IMG/VR virus record: IMGVR_UViG_3300049043_000112
Coordinates: 172,017 to 236,016 of that record
Direction: 5' to 3' (one strand)
Length of the DNA: 64,000 nt
Positions 47,472 to 55,639 of this stretch are shown here, piece by piece. How positions within the stretch are numbered: the stretch's first letter is position 1; the number at the start of each line of letters is the position of its first letter. Under the pieces are notes generated by a model. The model made no database searches and had not been told where the DNA came from. It saw only the letters and a program-made list of their open reading frames with translations. The translations under genes and the position numbers were made by a program.

Positions 47472-47551
47472 AAGGCAGGTGCGGTATCTCCTCCCAATAG
47501 TACAAAACTAATATTGGAAGGTTCCCATGCTCCTTTTACTTTCCTTACCTT
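47472..47551 (-). ncRNA. Unnamed structured RNA candidate, copy 2 (expanded hairpin)
   Basis: Same 32-nt and 20-nt flanks as 40820..40875; GAAA loop replaced by a 28-nt insert extending the stem; between tRNA-Asp and tRNA-Glu. Confidence 0.65.
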
Positions 47552-47554
47552 CAA

Positions 47555-47628
47555 CGACCCATACGGGATTTGAACCCGTGATCTCCACCGTGACAGGGTG
47601 GCGTGATAGACCGCTACACTAATGGGTC
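47555..47628 (-). tRNA. tRNA-Asp(GUC)
   Basis: CCACC-CT GTC AC-GGTGG. Confidence 0.93.
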
Positions 47629-47632
47629 AAGG

Positions 47633-47714
47633 TGGGAGGAACAGGATTCGAACCTGTGAAGGCAGAGCCGTCTGATTTACAGTCAGATTCCTTTAACCAC
47701 TCGGAAATCCTCCC
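47633..47714 (-). tRNA. tRNA-Tyr(GUA)
   Basis: TCTGA-CT GTA AA-TCAGA; long variable arm. Confidence 0.93.
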
Positions 47715-47718
47715 ACGA

Positions 47719-47790
47719 TGGGTCTGGTCGGGTTCGAACCGACGACTTACAGGTTAAAAGCCGCTACTCTACCAACTGAGTTACAGACCC
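47719..47790 (-). tRNA. tRNA-Lys(UUU)
   Basis: Loop CT TTT AA; imperfect anticodon stem. Confidence 0.85.
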
Positions 47791-47909
47791 ACATAATATG
47801 GATAAATATTCGGTTGTCTAGGTTCTGGTCTCTCGACCACTTGATTAGAATACCACCGTTTGGTCTCTGGGGAGGGACTGGTGGACACTTAGGAAACCGT
47901 CACAGGCAA

Positions 47910-47945
47910 CAAAAAAGGGGAGGAAACTTTTGGTTTCTCTCCCCT
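47910..47945 (-). terminator. Intrinsic terminator
   Basis: AAGGGGAGAGAAAC...GTTTCCTCCCCTTTTTT. Confidence 0.75.
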
Positions 47946-47969
47946 TCTTTTGCTTTTATGGATTACATC

Positions 47970-48068
47970 TTACATATGTCTTTCCATATTTGCAAACAGG
48001 GGAGTACCCTCAATATGCCAATAACGGCAATCGAGAATACTAAACTGTTTGTTCATTTGGTTAGACAT
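47970..48068 (-). CDS. 32-aa hypothetical peptide
   Basis: MSNQMNKQFSILDCRYWHIEGTPLFANMERHM; sits between TATAAATA (48090..48097) and a terminator. Confidence 0.45.
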   Translation of the reverse strand: MSNQMNKQFSILDCRYWHIEGTPLFANMERHM

Positions 48069-48127
48069 TGTTTTCGACCTAAGTGTGTTTATTTATAAAC
48101 GTAATATAGCATTTTTTATTTTAGTTG

Positions 48128-48586
48128 TCAAGTCCAAAGATTATGGTCATATTCCCAATGGCAGTTTGGACATAACGGCATTATATTTTCTTTTGAGTTT
48201 ATAATGCTAATCATAACATCTTCACTAAAAGAAGAAATAGGTTTTATATGTGCAACTTCGATATGTTTATCGTATCCGCATCTAACACATTCAATAAAAC
48301 CAAGTTTTTTAGCAACTACTCTTGCGCGAGTTCTTACTAAAGCAAAGGCGGAAGACTTATGATGTTTTTCGTAAATTGCTTCTTTAAGTGTCATATCACC
48401 TAAAAACCCAGAACAGTTTATACATCTTTTGCTTCTATAATCAATTTCTTTATCACATAATTCACAATTATTTGGAAAATTAATTTTTTTTCTTTTTGGG
48501 TGATGAGTATTAGTCCATTTAGCAGAGCAACTTCTACTACAAAATTTAGGATTATTATGTTGTTTTCCGCAGGTTACACATTCCAT
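48128..48586 (-). mobile_element. HNH endonuclease with Zn-binding N-terminus, inserted in the tRNA array
   Basis: C..CGY...IEVAHIKP.......N...LCPNCHWE; late promoter at 48610..48617. Confidence 0.85.
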
Positions 48587-48641
48587 ATTATTAATGGATA
48601 TTACATTACTATTTATATTTTTTAGTTGTTTTATTCGAAAA

Positions 48642-48714
48642 CACCCCGTGTAGGATTCGCACCCACGACCGATTCTTTAGAAGAGAATTGCTCTGTCTCC
48701 TGAGCTAACGGGGC
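48642..48714 (-). tRNA. tRNA-Arg(UCU)
   Basis: ATTCT-CT TCT AA-AGAAT perfect stem; T-loop GTGCGAAT variant. Confidence 0.9.
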
Positions 48715-48806
48715 ATAAGGGACCTCCCATCTTTATCGACCCAGTGGGCAGGGAGGGGCAGGACTTACACAAGGTTTGGACCCCCGCTGCCTATGAGAGT
48801 ATTATA

Positions 48807-49211
48807 CTACTCCTTAGGGCAGTCGTCAACCCACACAGCACAGATTCTCATTTCTCCACCAAGCAGTCTCTGCGCCTCACTACCGTCTGGTGCTTTCTCA
48901 ACATAACGTGGTTTGTATTTCTTATTAGATTCTTCAATGATGCGATTATACTCTGGAGTTACTTGGTCGATTGCACGACTTACATCACGCTTGACTCTAC
49001 GCTCTACTTTGTGAGGATCTTGAAGTATAACTTGCCCAGCAATAGTACCTGGGAAATACTTTCTCTGAATCTCATCAAATAAGTCCCAAAGTCCATCTTC
49101 TGATGCTCCAGTACATTGTGAGAGTGCTGCGATAATAGAAGATAATACAATACTGATTATTATGAGTTGTTTTTTATCTGGTTTTTTATTTCCAAAATTA
49201 AAGTTAATCAT
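48807..49211 (-). CDS. Conserved cyanophage protein with N-terminal TM/lipoprotein-like segment
   Basis: 134-aa ORF; LIIISIVLSSIIAALSQC. Confidence 0.7.
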   Translation of the reverse strand: MINFNFGNKKPDKKQLIIISIVLSSIIAALSQCTGASEDGLWDLFDEIQRKYFPGTIAGQVILQDPHKVERRVKRDVSRAIDQVTPEYNRIIEESNKKYKPRYVEKAPDGSEAQRLLGGEMRICAVWVDDCPKE

Positions 49212-49246
49212 AAGAAAGGGGAGGTCTGCAGCACTCCCCTTATATA

Positions 49247-49864
49247 TTAAACTTCTACCGTGATCAGTTTGGAAGCATACTCATGTGCATAAGATGTACG
49301 AGCACCATGATGCCCCCATCCAATCCAATCATACGCATAGACCATATAACGTCCGATTGATTTACCAGGAGTTTTCATCTTCTCCTCAATCTTTTGCCAC
49401 TGGACCTCGTTTGTAAGATAACGAAGTTGCGTATCAAGTGATGATGGTGAACCACCATACTTTCTAGCAAAATCACCCAATCCATAATAACGGTTGGCAG
49501 ATGTCCACTGAATCAGTCCATACCCACCCCAACAGGATGAATAAGACCTTCTACTACCACCTTCACAAATGTTAGGAACAAAAGTTGATTCCTGACGAAT
49601 ATTACCCATGATGGTAGCAAGGGCGTTTCTGTCTTTAATACCAAGACCCTGAAAATATGCCAGGGTAGCATTTTCATTTTCATTACACCCTTTACAAATT
49701 AACCTTGTCTCTTTAGGTTTTACGGGAGCAACCTCTCTGGTCGCTGTCTCTTCAACTACGGGCGGAGGAGGACCGTCCATCGTGTAGTTTACGAATGGCA
49801 GTGTTGCCGTCGATGTTGTAACCGATGCCAGAAGAGGCAGGGCTACTGTAAAGAAATTTTGCAT
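49247..49864 (-). CDS. Phage tail lysozyme (Phage_lysozyme2)-like cell-wall hydrolase with signal peptide
   Basis: ATIMGNIRQES...GYGLIQWT. Confidence 0.8.
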   Translation of the reverse strand: MQNFFTVALPLLASVTTSTATLPFVNYTMDGPPPPVVEETATREVAPVKPKETRLICKGCNENENATLAYFQGLGIKDRNALATIMGNIRQESTFVPNICEGGSRRSYSSCWGGYGLIQWTSANRYYGLGDFARKYGGSPSSLDTQLRYLTNEVQWQKIEEKMKTPGKSIGRYMVYAYDWIGWGHHGARTSYAHEYASKLITVEV

Positions 49865-50079
49865 TAAATTTGATTGAACTCTACATCCGTATAGGGAAAG
49901 CGCACTTCCCTCTTCTCAGAGGGCAGACCCCACGGCTCTAATTTTCACATCAATGACTCATAGTGAAAAACCCATCTTTTGAATGGGTCTCTTCATAATA
50001 AGTTAATATTTATGATTTGTCAAGATGACAGTTGAAGAAGTGTCTCGCTAAATACAAATATAGTTCATCCACCAGAACA

Positions 50080-50541
50080 ATGAAAAGATTAGCATTTATC
50101 TTTTCGTTATTCCTTACTACCCCAACTTTTGCAGGTGAAATCACAAACAAAATCGTTGACTCCGTACAACTAGGTGTTCAGGGTGCAGCGGTACAATCAA
50201 CTAGAGTCGGGGGTCAATACTCCGTCTCAGGTACAAATATTAACGTTACAACTCTTGGAGGAGTTGGAACTGCTGGTTCTTATGATATCAATACGAATGG
50301 TGCAGCATTTAGTTTTTCTGAAACATCAGTCACTGCAGATACTGTTGTCACCAATCAGTCGGCAGCTTCTGGAACAATTGCTTCTCCCAACCTTTATAGC
50401 GACTCTACTACTCAATTAGGTGGTTCGGCAGGATCCCTTGCTGGTACACTTTCTCCAACTGGTGTTCCTACCATCACTGCTGGTGGTCCTGGAAGCACAG
50501 GAACCGCTCAAAGAACCGTTGAGTTAAGCGTATTCAAGTGA
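50080..50541 (+). CDS. Secreted hypothetical protein (module gene 1)
   Basis: Signal peptide MKRLAFIFSLFLTTPTFA; Gly/Thr/Ser-rich beta protein. Confidence 0.75.
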   Translation: MKRLAFIFSLFLTTPTFAGEITNKIVDSVQLGVQGAAVQSTRVGGQYSVSGTNINVTTLGGVGTAGSYDINTNGAAFSFSETSVTADTVVTNQSAASGTIASPNLYSDSTTQLGGSAGSLAGTLSPTGVPTITAGGPGSTGTAQRTVELSVFK

Positions 50542-50900
50542 AACACATAACTCCCGTTCTGCTAGCAGCAGCGGGACTTATATCTCCCTGCTATGCTGGC
50601 CCTGTCACTCCCAACTTCACAAGTGGCACAATTACTTCTGAAACTAAAACTAGAACTGAAGTGGTTGAAGTTATCAAACAAATAGAATATTCAACTGGGA
50701 CATCTTATACTGTCACTGGTACTAATATTAACATCCCTGCCAATCCAGGTCCAGGAGCGAACTATACAATTCAGACGCAAGGTGCTCCGTTCCAGTTTAG
50801 TGAGACCTATCTGACTCCTGGTATTGCGAAAGAAACATGGATAGATCGCAAAACGGTAGAAGAATCTACCACAAATTCATTATCGGTCTTTACACAATAA
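50538..50900 (+). CDS. Secreted hypothetical protein (module gene 2)
   Basis: Signal peptide; GTGA overlap with gene 1. Confidence 0.75.
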   Translation: MKHITPVLLAAAGLISPCYAGPVTPNFTSGTITSETKTRTEVVEVIKQIEYSTGTSYTVTGTNINIPANPGPGANYTIQTQGAPFQFSETYLTPGIAKETWIDRKTVEESTTNSLSVFTQ

Positions 50901-51430
50901 GTGCCGTACTTTGTGGATCCGCAGTCGCTCAAACTGCTCCGTCAAACACTAACATCGCTGGTCCTAGCGCCAGTGCTACTGGTAATGTTACAAACCAGGC
51001 TGTACAGGTATTACAAGGTCCTTTTGCCGTCAACACCTACGGTTCTGGAGTATCCTGCCAAGGTCCAACGCTGAACCTTCAGACCTTCGGATATAACAAC
51101 TTGAATTTAAATAAAGACCCAGAGAGTTATCAATCTGGTTCAATTAATGCAGGAGTCTCTGCAGGATTCTCTGTGCCTCTTGATGGTTCTTTTCAGGAAC
51201 TTTGTAAGGCAAGAGTTCGTACTGAAATCACAAGGCAACAGGCAGAGGCAGATAAGGCACGACTTGACTTTGAATTGGTAAGACTCTTGAAATGTGGTGA
51301 AGCACTGAAGAGTGGAATATCATTTCACCCAGAAAGTCCTTATGCAAAGATATGTGCTGATGTGGTTGTGAAGTATCCAAAAGTTCAGGATGTAGCAAAT
51401 GGAAATCAAACCAATTCAAATAAGAAGTGA
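50837..51430 (+). CDS. Secreted hypothetical protein with four Cys (module gene 3)
   Basis: Hydrophobic N-terminus; SCQGPT, ELCK, LKC and ICAD. Confidence 0.75.
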   Translation: MDRSQNGRRIYHKFIIGLYTISAVLCGSAVAQTAPSNTNIAGPSASATGNVTNQAVQVLQGPFAVNTYGSGVSCQGPTLNLQTFGYNNLNLNKDPESYQSGSINAGVSAGFSVPLDGSFQELCKARVRTEITRQQAEADKARLDFELVRLLKCGEALKSGISFHPESPYAKICADVVVKYPKVQDVANGNQTNSNKK

Positions 51431-52070
51431 AGCACCGCCTATCATTCCAACGATAGAACCTCCTGTAACTCGTAGAGCAGAAAGAACTGCGGTTTATGGA
51501 TTGGAACTTCCGATTGTGAATATTCCTAACCCAACTCTGAACTATCCAGTCATTGATGTTCCAACTCAAGAAGAGTTTGATGCTGCAGTTAGAGCAGAAC
51601 AACAAAAGAAACAAGAAGAGAAAGAAGAAAAGACCAGAGGACTTCCAGATTCTCAACCAGTCTTACCACAAGTTCAGGTTCCTCAAGAGTCAGTTCAGGA
51701 CAAAATACTTAAGGAAACCAATCAACCAACAAACTTAGGAGTGCCCGTCATTGAAGTACCAATCGTCGGGGAGGTTCCAGTTCCTCCAAAAGAACAGGTT
51801 ATTCTTGCTGGGACTACTGCTACTGCCTCCGTTGCTGCGGCTCTTGTTGGCAAATCTCTGGTGGAATGGATGGTAGGTAAAATGAAACCTATCGTACAAC
51901 AGATATTTGTAAGGGGTAAGAAACTCTTGAGTAGAGATCTTACCCCATATGAACTTCAAATTTATTTTGCCTTTGAGAAAAGTCAGTCTCTTAAGAAAGT
52001 TAATAAGTTATTGAAGAAAGAACACAAAAACGAAAAGAAAGAACAATACAAGAAGTTTCACTCAAAGTGA
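51399..52070 (+). CDS. Pro-rich protein with C-terminal hydrophobic helix (module gene 4)
   Basis: AGTTATASVAAALVG segment followed by a basic tail. Confidence 0.7.
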   Translation: MEIKPIQIRSEAPPIIPTIEPPVTRRAERTAVYGLELPIVNIPNPTLNYPVIDVPTQEEFDAAVRAEQQKKQEEKEEKTRGLPDSQPVLPQVQVPQESVQDKILKETNQPTNLGVPVIEVPIVGEVPVPPKEQVILAGTTATASVAAALVGKSLVEWMVGKMKPIVQQIFVRGKKLLSRDLTPYELQIYFAFEKSQSLKKVNKLLKKEHKNEKKEQYKKFHSK

Positions 52071-52484
52071 TTACTTCTTACGCTTCGCATCCAGTTCAGC
52101 AAAGTTCTTAACTTTTGTGCCCCCTTGATACTCCCAAGCCATGCCTTCGGCAATCATCTGGTCATTCAATGAAGTTGCCTCACCATTAATAAACAGGTGC
52201 CCGATAATACGACCATACTTCTCTGTGCTGTCTGGAAGTTCGGTCTTGATTAGAATGTCTTTAGCACCTTCACAACGATGCTTTAACCATTCTTTTGATT
52301 CAAGTCCGTACTTCTTTTCATTCGCATCAGAAGTGCGACTTTCAGGAGTGTCCACCCCAGCAAGGCGAATGCGTTTAGTGAGACTAATATCAAACCCTAA
52401 ATCTATTGCCGCATCTATCGTATCACCATCAACTACTTTATAAATTTCTTTAATTCTATAAATGTATGGGTCTCTGTCCGCCAT
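52071..52484 (-). CDS. Staphylococcal-nuclease (thermonuclease)-like protein
   Basis: VVDGDTI...IRLAGVDTPE...KYGR. Confidence 0.9.
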   Translation of the reverse strand: MADRDPYIYRIKEIYKVVDGDTIDAAIDLGFDISLTKRIRLAGVDTPESRTSDANEKKYGLESKEWLKHRCEGAKDILIKTELPDSTEKYGRIIGHLFINGEATSLNDQMIAEGMAWEYQGGTKVKNFAELDAKRKK

Positions 52485-52494
52485 TTATTTAATT

Positions 52495-53079
52495 TTATAT
52501 ACTCTTACTATATATTCTTCCCAACACCCACTCTGGACTTAGAGTTTCTTGATTACCAAACAACTTTTCTTCTTTACCATTATTCCACCACTTTCTTCCA
52601 GTCATATATTCTCTTCTTTTTTCCTTAAAGTCTTGCGAACGAATTGCTCCTTTTTTATTTTGTGGTAAGTTCTCTATATGTTCTTTTGACTTTTTCTTTC
52701 CAGATAAAGCATTACTTATATTTTGTTTATGTGATTTGGAGGCAGGTTTTCCATAAAATGGGTGATTTTCTCCACTCATCTTTAAACTTTGAATTTCTTT
52801 TTGTTCTTCACTTACAATCCTACCAGAAGTTCCTTCACCACCATCGGTAAGATTTCTCAAAATTCCAGTTCCATTATCTTTTCTACCAAGAACAGCAATC
52901 ATATAAACTTCGTGCTTGATTGCTTCTTGTTCTGTTAAATTTCTTTTTAGATATATTATTCTATCTTTACTTGGTAAAGGAACAATTCTTTTCTTCACAT
53001 ACAATCTATATCCTTTACCTTTACCAATATAGTAGGGTGTTCCATCTTCACGCAAATATGCGTAGGTGTAGTATTCCAT
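52495..53079 (-). mobile_element. GIY-YIG-type homing endonuclease with NUMOD3-like region
   Basis: YTYAY......PYYIGKG..R; late promoter at 53102..53109. Confidence 0.85.
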
Positions 53080-53180
53080 CTGCTTTGTTTGTGGTTATAG
53101 TTATTTATACAAGAAAGGAGCATTTCTGCTCCCAATCTCTTTGCTTGAATAACCACAAACAAGCACTAATATTTAGTTAT

Positions 53181-53387
53181 TCAATAAGACAAATCACTTC
53201 TCTTTACTCTATCTTTCATAGCCCTTTGTCTTTGATCGTGTCTTGCTGCTGCATCAAAATCACCCTTTTTAGATGCTTCTTTTGATGACTTTTTAGCAGC
53301 AGTCATTTGTTTTTTGATACGACTTTCTTTCTCTTTACTGATTGCCTGATAAGACATTCCCTCAACAAACTCTTGAAAGGTTTTCAT
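53181..53387 (-). CDS. Hypothetical protein (MKTFQEFVE...)
   Basis: 68-aa ORF. Confidence 0.6.
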   Translation of the reverse strand: MKTFQEFVEGMSYQAISKEKESRIKKQMTAAKKSSKEASKKGDFDAAARHDQRQRAMKDRVKRSDLSY

Positions 53388-53389
53388 TT

Positions 53390-53602
53390 TTAAAATGGAA
53401 GTTTGAAGTTATTAGTATTTAGTTTCGGAATGGGTAATTTTTCAATAGCTTTGTTGACTTGATTCTCTACAACTCTACCAACAAACTCTTCTGGATTATC
53501 TAGAATCTTTTGTGCTTTTTGGTAAGTTACATAAGCACCATAACAAAGCACAGCACTAATGCTCAGACTTGCTGCTGACAGAATGATCGCTAGGTTCTTC
53601 AT
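53390..53602 (-). CDS. Small membrane-anchored protein
   Basis: N-terminal TM segment. Confidence 0.65.
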   Translation of the reverse strand: MKNLAIILSAASLSISAVLCYGAYVTYQKAQKILDNPEEFVGRVVENQVNKAIEKLPIPKLNTNNFKLPF

Positions 53603-53711
53603 CTTTCATTTCCTCAAATGCTAACTTCATTATGTAGTAAATTACATAAGCAGTAAATGCAAGACCACAACCAAGAATTATTATTACACCCCAGGGAAAA
53701 TCTTGTGGCAT
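53556..53711 (-). CDS. Small membrane protein (51 aa)
   Basis: MPQDFPWGVIIILGCGLAFTAYVIYYIM..., manual translation; TGATG coupling. Confidence 0.55.
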   Translation of the reverse strand: MPQDFPWGVIIILGCGLAFTAYVIYYIMKLAFEEMKDEEPSDHSVSSKSEH

Positions 53712-54457
53712 CAGTATTTACCTTCTACACAATAATCTGCTTTCTTATTTGGATTATATTCTTTATATCCTTCCTGTGGTTTCATCCATCCACAACCAAT
53801 CAACCATTCCATTGTTAATGGTGTTGGACGAATCTGTTCCCATAAGGGTCCCTTTGCACACATTTCAAGTTTTTGTGCTGTTACATTAGATTGTTCTTCT
53901 GCCCAGTTAGCATCTGCCTCCCATGGTACAGCACGACCCTGACCCATACTCTCATAAGAAAGTTTAGTCATCTTCATTACCCAGGCAGGTATTTCTGAAT
54001 CCTGGTGGACTTGTGCCATGAAAGCAGTTTTTACTCCACCACCCATACAATCTTGAACAACATGCCAACCTTCATGACGCATCGTTCCTAGAAACTCTCT
54101 GGGATCTTTGAGTAGTTCTTCATTCACAAAAAAGCGATTATATTCTGGTTTGTATAAACCTACCGTTCTTGGTGTAAAGTATCTTGAAGGTCCAACATAA
54201 ACTGGTACATTGAGTTTGTTGAGACCTGTTAAAATAGATTTAATTTCTTCTCGAAATGCTTCAAACTCTTTACCAGATATTAGTATAGACTCTGGTGTAA
54301 GTTGTTCTACTCCTTCTGTACATTCTCTGAGTATCATACAACCCATTGCTGCTAAACTATAAGCAGGTACAGTGGGTTGTTTTTTCTCTATAGAATTGGC
54401 AATTGCTGGAAATACTAGTGTTAATGATAAACTAAATGCTGTAAGAAGTTTTTTCAT
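53711..54457 (-). CDS. Secreted zincin-like (HExxH) protein
   Basis: Signal peptide; MRHEGWHVVQDC...E.DA. Confidence 0.7.
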   Translation of the reverse strand: MKKLLTAFSLSLTLVFPAIANSIEKKQPTVPAYSLAAMGCMILRECTEGVEQLTPESILISGKEFEAFREEIKSILTGLNKLNVPVYVGPSRYFTPRTVGLYKPEYNRFFVNEELLKDPREFLGTMRHEGWHVVQDCMGGGVKTAFMAQVHQDSEIPAWVMKMTKLSYESMGQGRAVPWEADANWAEEQSNVTAQKLEMCAKGPLWEQIRPTPLTMEWLIGCGWMKPQEGYKEYNPNKKADYCVEGKY

Positions 54458-54648
54458 TCGCGTCCCTCTTGTTTATGAATCCAGGTTTTCAACGTTCTTA
54501 CATAATTTCTTAATATTTTTGCTTGTGTAGAATGCCACTCATCTCCTGTTTCAAGATACATTCGCGTGTGTAAATCCACCGCATTGAGACATTTTTTAAT
54601 TACAGGATTCCAAGGTTCCCTGATAGGAGTATTCCATTCGCGTGGCAT
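54454..54648 (-). CDS. Hypothetical protein
   Basis: 64-aa ORF, packed operon. Confidence 0.6.
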   Translation of the reverse strand: MPREWNTPIREPWNPVIKKCLNAVDLHTRMYLETGDEWHSTQAKILRNYVRTLKTWIHKQEGRE

Positions 54649-54654
54649 AATGCC

Positions 54655-54762
54655 TCACTTTTTCTTACCGCCGTTCTTTGCTTTCTTAGCAGTTGCATTA
54701 CCTTGGTTTTGCTTTTTATTATTAGAAGAACCTTTTTTACCTTTGTTAGCAGACTTTGCCAT
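54655..54762 (-). CDS. Small Lys-rich peptide (35 aa)
   Basis: MAKSANKGKKGSSNNKKQNQGNATAKKAKNGGKKK. Confidence 0.5.
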   Translation of the reverse strand: MAKSANKGKKGSSNNKKQNQGNATAKKAKNGGKKK

Positions 54763-54769
54763 TGTACCC

Positions 54770-55093
54770 TCAGGTGCGTGGTTGAACTTGACCTTCTAGA
54801 ACTTCAACTCTTGCCTCAAGAGAAGTTGCCTCTGCTTCAGGAGCAGGTGGTTCTGGTGGAGCCTCCACAACGACCTCTTCTCTCTTAGGTTCTTCCTTAT
54901 GCTCCTCGTCACCACCTTTTTTCATGGTATTAATCCCAAAAGTAGCAGCAGAGGCAGTAAAAACAGTAGCGATAAAGGTTGGGTCCATCTTAGCAAGCAT
55001 ACCAGCATATGATGCAGTCAGAAGAGCGGCAGACCAACTCAGAATAGCAATACGAATCACTTGTCCCATAGCTTTTTCCTTAGTGTTTCCCAT
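54770..55093 (-). CDS. Two-TM membrane protein, holin candidate
   Basis: Two hydrophobic helices plus an acidic/Pro tail; near the endolysins. Confidence 0.45.
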   Translation of the reverse strand: MGNTKEKAMGQVIRIAILSWSAALLTASYAGMLAKMDPTFIATVFTASAATFGINTMKKGGDEEHKEEPKREEVVVEAPPEPPAPEAEATSLEARVEVLEGQVQPRT

Positions 55094-55120
55094 CAGTCCG
55101 TGTGATGAAGTCTGTTATAT

Positions 55121-55636
55121 TTAGTTGAAGATATATTTTATTCCCATTCCAAAACGACCATTTGAAAAATCATCAGCAGCAGTAATATACTCACCAAATA
55201 CCTTTACATTTTTACCACCAGTCTCTCCACCCAATATAACAATTGGATTGTTCATTTTAGTTCTTGTAGAATCTAAATCTGGGTGATGCAAAGAAAGACC
55301 GGCATATAAATTACTTGTTTTATCTACGGGAAAAAGAAACTTAACTCCAGTGTGATTAAATCCAAGTCCATCATCTTTCTCAGGAATACTACTTTGATGT
55401 TCCACAAATAATCGCACATTTTTAGTCACATCATATTGGACACCAAAAACTCCAATAGGTTCTTTCAGATTAATTTGTTTTTTGGTCGTCTTTCTATTTT
55501 CACTTGCATTCCACATTGGATTATTAAAATTTGGATTTATACTAAATCCAACATATGACTGCAAAGGAGTTGTTATTCCTATTAAAGGAGTTATAAGAGA
55601 AACTGCAATCGCTGCTGGAGTAATGCCTATTTCCAC
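55121..55636 (-). CDS. Small outer-membrane beta-barrel-like protein
   Basis: Alternating hydrophobic strands; C-terminal GRFGMGIKYIFN. Confidence 0.55.
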   Translation of the reverse strand: MEIGITPAAIAVSLITPLIGITTPLQSYVGFSINPNFNNPMWNASENRKTTKKQINLKEPIGVFGVQYDVTKNVRLFVEHQSSIPEKDDGLGFNHTGVKFLFPVDKTSNLYAGLSLHHPDLDSTRTKMNNPIVILGGETGGKNVKVFGEYITAADDFSNGRFGMGIKYIFN

Positions 55637-55639
55637 TAG

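Noticed and set aside
48642-48714. Amber suppressor tRNA (CTA appears in the anticodon arm)
   Set aside because: The perfectly paired stem ATTCT/AGAAT centres the loop on TCT (Arg); the CTA register gives mismatched stems
46334-49082. Short ORFs overlapping the tRNA array (46334, 46781, 46957, 47354, 47718, 48744)
   Set aside because: They overlie tRNAs, structured RNAs or real genes on the other strand and show no protein motifs
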